Positions 19,102 to 26,839 of a stretch of 64,000 nt of DNA are shown in pieces. How positions within the stretch are numbered: position 1 is the stretch's first letter; each line of letters starts with the position of its first letter. The translations under genes were made by a program, and so were the position numbers. Under the pieces are notes generated by a model. That model had not been told where the DNA came from. It ran no database searches and was given only the letters and a program-made list of their open reading frames with translations. This DNA comes from an uncultured archaeon (GTDB lineage Archaea > Asgardarchaeota > Thorarchaeia > Thorarchaeales > Thorarchaeaceae), in assembly GCA_964473825.1 (NCBI GenBank), contig CAYYQL010000004.1, forward strand, positions 32,001 to 96,000. The letters are read 5' to 3'.

Positions 19102-20303
19102 CGGTTCTGCAGGAATATGAAGGGGAGGATGTAGATACACTGCTGAAGAGATACGCCAACAATCTCAGCCTGCACACCGTACCGGCTCTGGCTGTGATGG
19201 TGTACAGACAGGACCCCACTATCAGGATGGACACCCTCAGTAGGCTCAGGAACCTCCTGTTTGCAGACAGCATGTACCTCAAGATGGAGTATGACTACGA
19301 CTACCTCGATACTTATAATGAGATCACCATCGACCTTGAGCAGGAGGGCGAGCGACTCAAGCCCTACATGTTGGCCCTGGGCGTGGGAATGATGGCGTCA
19401 ACCCCTCTGAACCCTGCAATGGCCGTCTGGGGCTTCGACATAATTTCCCAGACCCTTTGGAGCACGTCGGTCTGGGATACGGCAGCCCATGGAGTCATGC
19501 GCTTTGCCAACTGGCTCACACAAGGCAGGGCCTTCGACGAGCACTACATCGGCAACTTCAGCCTGTTCCACATCACCCACGACGAGGGCCTGAACCTGTT
19601 CCTGCAGGAGGCCCTGTCAGAGGTCCTCTCGTTCGGTATCAGCGCTGCGGCGCGGTATGTGGGCCACAGTGTCAAGGCACGGTGGTTTGGTATCGTGGAC
19701 GACGCCATGGACTCCTCCGGAAGTAGATGGTCGAGGATCCTGGGGAAGGGTCTTGCAGGAGACCTCTACAATGTCCTGACCAGTGACACCCCATGGTATC
19801 GAAAGGCCCTATGTGCGGCATGGGCCCTGACCAAGGAGTACGTCGAGCTGGTGGGGGAGGTGGTGTTCGAGATGTCCTTCGACAACATGCTGCGCCTGGA
19901 CCCGTCCGAGCGGCCACTGGGCGGGGGCGAGATGTTCCTCACCCTCATGACCCTGTACACCGTGACTCGCGCGGGCATCGATGGTCGCTTCGAGCCGGGC
20001 TCTCTTGACACGCCCGACCTGACCGCCGGGAAGAGGGCCCTGGATGTGTTCAGCAAGGGGCTGCTGGTGGGCCAGATGTTCGGCATGACGCCGGTCCTGC
20101 TTGCCAACTCACCGCAGCTGGGTATTCCGACCATGCTGTTTGTGACGGGCGTGGGCCTTATCCCTGTACCCACCCTATCGGGGATCGACATCCGGACAGA
20201 TTTCAGGGTGCTCTACCACGGCCTCGGAGGGACGATCTTACTGCCGATGTACTATCTCGATGACATCTTATTCACCGGGAGCCCCATATTCGTTGGAGGA
20301 TGA
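18939..20303 (+). CDS. Hydrophobic, likely N-terminally truncated portion of a large foreign protein
   Basis: 454 aa; strongly G/C-ending codons from ~19100; several hydrophobic and amphipathic segments; the first ~50 aa overlap another ORF. Confidence 0.6.
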   Translation: MSGDVPIFRRESGNGIGDGISFRKGGRSTVPAEAPDIVRFHRENQTWKARQDKLAVLQEYEGEDVDTLLKRYANNLSLHTVPALAVMVYRQDPTIRMDTLSRLRNLLFADSMYLKMEYDYDYLDTYNEITIDLEQEGERLKPYMLALGVGMMASTPLNPAMAVWGFDIISQTLWSTSVWDTAAHGVMRFANWLTQGRAFDEHYIGNFSLFHITHDEGLNLFLQEALSEVLSFGISAAARYVGHSVKARWFGIVDDAMDSSGSRWSRILGKGLAGDLYNVLTSDTPWYRKALCAAWALTKEYVELVGEVVFEMSFDNMLRLDPSERPLGGGEMFLTLMTLYTVTRAGIDGRFEPGSLDTPDLTAGKRALDVFSKGLLVGQMFGMTPVLLANSPQLGIPTMLFVTGVGLIPVPTLSGIDIRTDFRVLYHGLGGTILLPMYYLDDILFTGSPIFVGG

Positions 20304-20376
20304 GGGCCGTGTACTCAGGTCCATGTCCAGCTGAGCTTATATCTTCCTGCGAGAGACTAGGGTATGTGGTGATACG

Positions 20377-21120
20377 ATGAGGCCCGTGTCCAGGAAGCAT
20401 GCTGCACTGGTTGTCATGGTCATCGTGGTGATTGGAGCGGGGTCATTCTGTTTGTACGAGTCGAACCGCACCACTTTCCACTTCGAGGAGGAGTACTACG
20501 GGGGCAGACCGGCCCGTATCTTCATGTACATCAGGAGTCTTAAGGATGCCAACGTCACCATCTCCTTCGTGAACAACACCTCCTTGATGTGCCGGGTGGA
20601 TGTCGAGCTCTACGACCCGCAATCGGGATCAGTCAGGTTTGTGCGAGAGGTGGGGAATCAGGTGAACCTGGAGTTCACAGGGCGGCAGAGGCGTGTTGAC
20701 ATTGTTCTCGGAACCGCCGTACAGTACGACCTTCTCATCCATCTGGGAGAGAACCTGAACACTACCGTCTGGTTCGGCAACGGTGCAGTGCTGAACAACA
20801 CATCTCTTGAGGCATACCAGACAGGTATCATCAGGATTGCTGTGGACGAGAACGACGGGCTCACCACTCATGGCTCACTGAGTATGGGCGGAGGCATTCC
20901 ACGGTTGGCTGAGGGTCCCCTTCATGTCCTGTTGGACATAGACCTTCCAGAGGGCTACGGGGGCAGACTGACCACCTACGGCGCTCCCATCTCCTTCGTG
21001 GAGCGGGTGGGCTGGGGGTTCTATGGCAACGGGGTCTTTGCCACAGCAGCCACCGTGGAGCATCCCAGGGTGACTGTTGGATTCAGTTGCACCTCCATCA
21101 TCGCCCGCCTCATTGACTGA
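20377..21120 (+). CDS. Membrane-anchored beta-rich exported protein
   Basis: N-terminal TM; many N-x-S/T sequons; GGTGA RBS. Confidence 0.7.
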   Translation: MRPVSRKHAALVVMVIVVIGAGSFCLYESNRTTFHFEEEYYGGRPARIFMYIRSLKDANVTISFVNNTSLMCRVDVELYDPQSGSVRFVREVGNQVNLEFTGRQRRVDIVLGTAVQYDLLIHLGENLNTTVWFGNGAVLNNTSLEAYQTGIIRIAVDENDGLTTHGSLSMGGGIPRLAEGPLHVLLDIDLPEGYGGRLTTYGAPISFVERVGWGFYGNGVFATAATVEHPRVTVGFSCTSIIARLID

Positions 21121-21182
21121 TTACCTAAGCGACCCTCATCGAGTACATACGGGCATGGATTGCCGACACGACACAAGACAGC

Positions 21183-21577
21183 ATGAGGCATGTATCGTTA
21201 CTCAAGAAGCACGGTTTCAGCCCGACTGACACACAGCGGGCGGTATCCCGCATCGCCCACTTGGAAGATGTGACGGAGAGGGGCGACTTTGCCGTCTTTC
21301 TCCATCAGGAACACGTTATCGCACAGCACAGGGACAAGTGGTTCTCGACGCGTCCGGACGACCCCCGCAGGCCCTTCCTGAACCTGAACTACGCCATGAA
21401 TCAAAAGAACATATCGCGCCTTGTCCGCCGAAACAGGTCATTGACTTCCTGAAGCACTGGAATGGCTGGACCTGCATGAAGTGTGAGAGGCTGTTTCCTA
21501 TCAGTGAGAGCGAACAGGTGATGACAGCAGACTTCAGGAACGTGATTGTTGTACATCTCCCCGGGGACTATGGGTAA
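21183..21577 (+). pseudogene. Frameshifted hypothetical protein with CxxC
   Basis: ORF 21183-21452 and ORF 21338-21577 join into one plausible protein (...NYAMNQKNI/APCPPKQVIDFLKHWNGWTCMKC...). Confidence 0.4.
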
Positions 21578-21947
21578 TTTCTTTCCGGCTCGCTCCACGG
21601 AAACCTATCTTGTGCTGGGTCAGATTGCAGACCAAAGGGTACTGAGTTGTGCAAGGAGTTCGTCTGGATTGCGGTTTCTCAGTGTGCTGTCCCACAAGAG
21701 AAGACGGGGGACTGCCCTTGAGGAGTGGGCATACAAAATCTCAAGAATAGGAGAGGTCTATGCGCTTGAATGAGTGACCCCGCGTCAGGTTATGGAATTT
21801 GCGGTACAGTAGAATAAACTTGGAATGCCCTCCAAAGACAGACCCTAGAAACTGATTGTATTCCAAAAAAAGCAATAATCGAAAACATTGACTAAAAATC
21901 GAATACATGATTATATGGGCAGTCGTTCGAAAAATCGGGACATAACA

Positions 21948-22014
21948 CAAAGGTTTAAGTTTCAGATATGCGATACTAATTAGACGCGACTCAACTTAGT
22001 CTGAGAAAGGCGCG
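21948..22014 (+). promoter_or_regulatory. Putative BRE/TATA promoter of the E2F-like gene with downstream CGCG boxes
   Basis: CAAAGG-TTTAAG at 21948-21959 in an AT-rich spacer; GACGCG at 21983 and GGCGCG at 22009. Confidence 0.45.
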
Positions 22015-22031
22015 GATTCTGGGGTGCAACC

Positions 22032-22583
22032 GTGAAGCTGATCACTCTCGCCCGGGAGGCAGTTAGGATACTGAAGGAGAGTGGGGATGATGGTATTCGT
22101 AGCGACGAGGTCGCTGAATTTCTTGATGTCCCCAAGAGACGAATCTATGATGTTGTGGCTGTGCTAAGAGCATTGGAAACGGTCTCAACGACACGCAAGT
22201 TCGATGGTACGACTATCACATGGATTGATCGTTTCGAAGACTACATTCCTCGAAGTGAATATGATGCTGTTCGAAAGCAGCTGGATGAGGTCCTTGCTGC
22301 GAAACGAGAACTTCAAGTTCAGGTTGCCGAACAGAAACAACAACTCAGAAACATACGTGGCAGATTCAAGCATGATGGGGTGCCTGTCGAGAAGACCGAC
22401 AAGACCCAGTTCAATACCACTCAGCTCCGTGTGCGATGCCACTCGGGAACTGGTTTCAAGAGAGTGGTGGATTCAGGGGTGGAAGTACTCATTGAGACTG
22501 AGCAACCCGGCATGACTGTGGATCCGACTGAAACGGAATATGATGACAGTCGTGAGATACTGAGAAGCATACAGAAGATGTGA
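22032..22583 (+). CDS. E2F/DP-family winged-helix transcription factor with coiled coil and beta-rich C-terminus
   Basis: LITLAREAVRILKESGDDGI...EVAEFLDVPKRRIYDVVAVLRAL...TITW matches the E2F/DP RRxYD recognition helix; heptad repeat follows. Confidence 0.8.
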   Translation: MKLITLAREAVRILKESGDDGIRSDEVAEFLDVPKRRIYDVVAVLRALETVSTTRKFDGTTITWIDRFEDYIPRSEYDAVRKQLDEVLAAKRELQVQVAEQKQQLRNIRGRFKHDGVPVEKTDKTQFNTTQLRVRCHSGTGFKRVVDSGVEVLIETEQPGMTVDPTETEYDDSREILRSIQKM

Positions 22584-22961
22584 CTACCGCAATCTGATTG
22601 TGACTTGGCTTCCCCGTCGAACACTCTCCAGCTCATCTAGCAGACTGTCGGGGGATTTTACACTTCCAAGTAAGTTGACGGGGCTGAATGTCTTCATGTC
22701 CCTCACATAAATACAGAGCGAGTCCCCGAGGGGCATATATGCTACCTGTTCTCTCTTGACTTCCTTCGTGGCCTTTACATTACCTTTGCCGATTCCGAGA
22801 GTGATTTTCATCTCGCCCTTGATGAAGGCTGCCTTTCCTTGAATGGGCATTTTCGCTTTCATCTCTTCGACAATCAGGGGACCAAGAACTCTGTCGAGTA
22901 CTACGTCGAGCTTAAGCCCCCCTTCAAACTCGAGTACGATATTCACATCACTCTCGCTCAT
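22584..22961 (-). CDS. Cyclophilin-like fold protein (DUF369/TM1367-like)
   Basis: P..VE...KMPI.G, VAYMPLGDSLCIY and SPVNLLG. Confidence 0.75.
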   Translation of the reverse strand: MSESDVNIVLEFEGGLKLDVVLDRVLGPLIVEEMKAKMPIQGKAAFIKGEMKITLGIGKGNVKATKEVKREQVAYMPLGDSLCIYVRDMKTFSPVNLLGSVKSPDSLLDELESVRRGSQVTIRLR

Positions 22962-23039
22962 GATTCCACCAAAGGTGATACCAGGAATCCGCTATTAAAA
23001 CTCTCCCCATTCTCTTCTGAAAATGCTTAATTGGTGCTC

Positions 23040-24197
23040 ATGGAGTATACTAGTAGGAGTGATTCGAGGCTGCCACTAACACGTCTAGAAGTTGCATTTG
23101 TTGTTGACACGACCGGGTCCATGAAAGACGACATCAACGCGGTGCGCGACAGTCTGTTCGACATCGTCGATGACATCGTCAAGAAGACTTCGGAACTGGA
23201 GATTCGCTTTGCCGTAGTATCGTACAGGGATCATCCTCCTGAGGATAGGACCTATGTGACTGATGTCTTCGATTTCACTGACAATGTGAAGGACATTCAC
23301 CGCCGTATAGGCCGACTGAATCCGTCCGAGGGAGGCGACACTCCCGAAGCTGTTGCCGATGGCCTCGCCGATGCGAGAAGACGGCTTAGCTGGTCGCGTG
23401 ACGCCTACAAGATCTTGCTGTTGGTCGGTGATGCCCCCCCTCACGGAAGAAATTACAATACTCTAGGGGACGACCATTGGCCGGATGGTTGTCCTGAAGG
23501 CTTGGATCCAAGGGATGAGGTCAGAAAGATGAAGCGTGAGCACGGAACGAGTTTCTTCCTGTTTGCCTGTGGATGCAATCCGTTGGTTGAAGACTCATTC
23601 AGATCTATAGCCGAATCCATTAAGGGTGGGAAATACTACTCTCTGGTGGAGGCTCACCAACTGCCCATAGCTATCCTTGAGATTCTAGAGGGTGTGAGTG
23701 ATCTTATCGAGGGCGATAGACGAGTACTTGACATCTACAGAGCTAATGATGGTTCCTTTGATATCGCTGAGGCGGCCGCCCAACTCGGAATGGAACTGAG
23801 AGAGATGAAGACCTCATTGTCGCGTCTGCTGGAACTGGGTAAGATCTCACGGTGGCCAAGAGGTCGTCCTTTGAGTCATGATCGCCTTGGAGTTGAGGTG
23901 GTCCTTGGAGATATTCCTTCGGCCATTCTTCCAGGAAGGGCCTTCAATTACGAGATCCGTGCGAAGAATCCTAGCAGAACCACCGTGGGGATACGAATAG
24001 TCATATCTCTGGTTACCTCCGAAGGTGTCTCTGAGGTCACAAATGAGAACCATGACATTGCACCGCGAAGTGACAGGATTCTCAAGCTGCGCTTGACCCC
24101 CATGGTGGACGTCCCTGGAAAGGCGACAATCGGTGTTGAAGTTCTTCATGGCTCTATGTCAATAGAAACAGCAACATATCCTGTAAGGATTCACTGA
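23040..24197 (+). CDS. vWA domain (intact MIDAS) + winged HTH + C-terminal Ig-like domain
   Basis: AFVVDTTGSM, YRDHPP, GGDTPEAV and VGDAPPH; FDIAEAAAQLG...SLSRLLELGKI; beta-sandwich-like tail. Confidence 0.85.
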   Translation: MEYTSRSDSRLPLTRLEVAFVVDTTGSMKDDINAVRDSLFDIVDDIVKKTSELEIRFAVVSYRDHPPEDRTYVTDVFDFTDNVKDIHRRIGRLNPSEGGDTPEAVADGLADARRRLSWSRDAYKILLLVGDAPPHGRNYNTLGDDHWPDGCPEGLDPRDEVRKMKREHGTSFFLFACGCNPLVEDSFRSIAESIKGGKYYSLVEAHQLPIAILEILEGVSDLIEGDRRVLDIYRANDGSFDIAEAAAQLGMELREMKTSLSRLLELGKISRWPRGRPLSHDRLGVEVVLGDIPSAILPGRAFNYEIRAKNPSRTTVGIRIVISLVTSEGVSEVTNENHDIAPRSDRILKLRLTPMVDVPGKATIGVEVLHGSMSIETATYPVRIH

Positions 24198-24199
24198 GG

Positions 24200-25369
24200 G
24201 TGGGAGAACTGGAGATGCAGGCAATCCGAGGGAAGGACCAAAGAGGAATATCATTTGTCAGGCCAGAAGACTGGCTGTCAGATGATAAGGTCGCCAGTAT
24301 CTCCTGTCAAGGTCGCACCGTCTACACCGACATCAGAACGGCCCAGGCAGTACCCTTAGGCCATATCGTGATTGACTCCAAGTTATATGACAGCCTCTCG
24401 TGTTCAGGCAAAGATGGAGTCGAGGTCATCCCAGAGAGTATAGCGCCATCGGTCTGCAAGACTCTCACGATTGAAGTTCAGTCTCTTGCTGGAATAGGCA
24501 GCCGCAGGGTCAAAGAGGCAGTTTCCGAACGAATCCGCGACTTCGGTCCACATCTTGATGACCTCCTAGTCACAGAGGGTCAACAACTCAATCTACAGTC
24601 ACTCAATCTTCGTCTCACAGTTCTGGGTCTCTCCCTGTTTGATTCGCGCGGCACGATTGGACGAATCAGATGGCCTCGCTTGGAAAAGATTGAACTAGTT
24701 GGGGGCGAGACTCCCGATATGTGCGCATTTGTGATTCTGGTTGAAATGTCGCGCATCAGAGGTCTCCAGGATGAGGATGATGCTGCACAGTCTGGTGCGT
24801 GGGCCTCCACTCCGTTCTCTGAGATCTTGATACGTCTTCTTGCAGGTCTGAGAGCATTCTCTGCATCAAATCCAACCAACGTCGTTGTGTCAGTGATTGC
24901 ATATTCTTCTCAGACAGATATCTTCTTGACATACGAGCCGGATTCTGGACAGAAACGAAAATGGTCCGAGATTGATATGGAAGGTTATCTTGAAGCCCTG
25001 CAGAACTGGCTTGCAGACCAAAAGGGCATTCATGATTCGCAGCCTTCTGATCCAGGACTGGCACTGCAGACAGGTTTTGCCGTCGTAGATGAGATGAGAG
25101 ATGATGGTCTGTACCCCGTCTGTATCGCGCTGCTCTCAACAGGTCGGTATTCGATAGGACAGAATCCTGTTTCTGTGGTGCGTCGACAACCCGGTAATAT
25201 CACCACGTTTTCGCTCGGGCTTGAATCTGCATCTGATGAAGATATGCTCAAGGCGATTTCAGAAGCTGGACGGGGGAGAGCAATCATGATGTCTAGGATA
25301 ACTGACATGCAATTGATGGTTGAGGACATGATTCAGATGATGGGGCGTGAGGTGGCTGCAGATGACTGA
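24200..25369 (+). CDS. Cdc48-N/Ufd1-like domain + degenerate vWA
   Basis: N-terminal half aligns with the 31082 gene (...GHIVIDSKLYDSLSCSGKDGVEV...LDDLLVTEGQQL); vWA with EMSR in place of DxSxS, SDPGLAL, LLSTG and DEDMLKAISEAGRG. Confidence 0.7.
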   Translation: MGELEMQAIRGKDQRGISFVRPEDWLSDDKVASISCQGRTVYTDIRTAQAVPLGHIVIDSKLYDSLSCSGKDGVEVIPESIAPSVCKTLTIEVQSLAGIGSRRVKEAVSERIRDFGPHLDDLLVTEGQQLNLQSLNLRLTVLGLSLFDSRGTIGRIRWPRLEKIELVGGETPDMCAFVILVEMSRIRGLQDEDDAAQSGAWASTPFSEILIRLLAGLRAFSASNPTNVVVSVIAYSSQTDIFLTYEPDSGQKRKWSEIDMEGYLEALQNWLADQKGIHDSQPSDPGLALQTGFAVVDEMRDDGLYPVCIALLSTGRYSIGQNPVSVVRRQPGNITTFSLGLESASDEDMLKAISEAGRGRAIMMSRITDMQLMVEDMIQMMGREVAADD

Positions 25370-26561
25370 AGAATTCATAGAACTGCTTCAGACCATGCAG
25401 TCCAATGGCACACTTGAAGGGTTCCTCTGCTCCCAGATTCCAAGCGGCAGACTATCCTCTGGATGGATTGAGAACGGTCTTTTGTTCACGAGTATGGAGA
25501 CTTCACTTCGTTCAGAAGCAGTCACAACCACGTACATGATTCCAGCAGACCGATTTGTACGGTTCTTCAAGCAGCTGGATTCCTCGGCCAAATCGAGCAT
25601 ATGCTTCAGCATCACGGGCCCGGCCGGTCTTCGAGAGGAGAAATCGCTCGTGTTGGTTGGCGAGGTATGTCAATCAGGATCCCCCCAAGTTCTGGCAGCC
25701 AGATTCTCTTCGTCGACTGCCACAGAGATATGTCAATTCATTGCTTCTCAACTGCTGCGCATACCATCGGATGAGGATCACTGTGAGCCTTGTTTAGATT
25801 ATCTGGAAGAACTCAGAGAGTTGGTGTTGAGCGAGGAGACCAGTGCGGCCTTGTGCCTGAGCATCCCCAAAGCAACCACACTCGTAAGAGAGGTATTCTC
25901 GCAGGATTCTGATCAAGAGTCCATTGAAGGGATTCTACTGCGTTTGGGTCAGATATCTCAGCTTCAATCGTTTGCAACCAAGGCTGTCACTTGGCTTGAC
26001 CGAACAAAGAAGTTCCAGGGCCAATCGAGCGAGGCGGCAGCAATTGTGTTACGAACGTCTCACCGACTCCTCCTCTGTCTGTGGGACGGACCAAGAGGCG
26101 TAGTCTCTTTCGCTGACATGACAGGTATGTCTCTTGAGAAAATGTCAGTTTCGTTGCTCCTTCCCCTTTGGATTGTTAAAGGTGAGACGATGGATCTTCA
26201 GGACTATGCCCCTCGTGTTCTCATTGATAAAGAAAATGAGGGCATCAAATCTGGGGAAAGGGATGCGACCCCTATACGGCGCGTCGAGAGTTTCGAAACC
26301 ATATCTCAAGAACTTGCTGCCTTAGAAAGTCGTTTGAACAGTGTTTCCCTTAGAGACCTCAGCAAGAGAGTGATGGATTTGGAGGATCGGTTTGATAGTA
26401 TCAAAAGGTTTACACAGAATGCTTCGTCTGATGAGAAGCGAATCAGTGCTGCTTATTCGAATATCGATGACCTTATATCTCGTCTGGAAAAAATATCTGG
26501 GCGGCTTGATAAGATAGCAGACGACCTCGAGATAGTCAGCGATCGACTGAAGGAGGAATGA
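25362..26561 (+). CDS. Hypothetical protein: two alpha/beta (roadblock/profilin-like?) domains plus C-terminal coiled coil
   Basis: Translationally coupled (ATGACTGA overlap, GAGGTG RBS); heptads in the last ~90 aa. Confidence 0.7.
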   Translation: MTEEFIELLQTMQSNGTLEGFLCSQIPSGRLSSGWIENGLLFTSMETSLRSEAVTTTYMIPADRFVRFFKQLDSSAKSSICFSITGPAGLREEKSLVLVGEVCQSGSPQVLAARFSSSTATEICQFIASQLLRIPSDEDHCEPCLDYLEELRELVLSEETSAALCLSIPKATTLVREVFSQDSDQESIEGILLRLGQISQLQSFATKAVTWLDRTKKFQGQSSEAAAIVLRTSHRLLLCLWDGPRGVVSFADMTGMSLEKMSVSLLLPLWIVKGETMDLQDYAPRVLIDKENEGIKSGERDATPIRRVESFETISQELAALESRLNSVSLRDLSKRVMDLEDRFDSIKRFTQNASSDEKRISAAYSNIDDLISRLEKISGRLDKIADDLEIVSDRLKEE

Positions 26562-26839
26562 CATACTTGTCGGGTTTAGAGGATCAATTGGAGCAGCTCC
26601 GAACGAAGCTGATGATGATTGAGTCTCTCGGCAACCGGATTAAGGACCTCGAAAGACATCTTGGGCCGATCGAGAATACCAGGGCTGAGAACCAGAGTGA
26701 TGATGTATACGAGTCAAGAATCTGGCGAGAACTTGATGAGCTACGTGGGTTTGTCGAAAGGCTATCTATTGCAGTCACTCAACTTGAATCTGAAGTTCAG
26801 ACGATGGCTTTGTCTACAAGTCATCTTGAAGATGATTGA
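26558..26839 (+). CDS. Small two-segment coiled-coil protein
   Basis: ATGA overlap with the upstream stop, GGAGG RBS, heptad pattern. Confidence 0.7.
   Translation: MTYLSGLEDQLEQLRTKLMMIESLGNRIKDLERHLGPIENTRAENQSDDVYESRIWRELDELRGFVERLSIAVTQLESEVQTMALSTSHLEDD

Larger units (their letters stand above)
13020..21780. mobile_element. Decayed genomic island / mosaic of foreign gene fragments
   Basis: Coding density collapses; several stop or frameshift pseudogenes, a truncated transposase and visibly GC3-rich segments; boundaries approximate. Confidence 0.6.
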
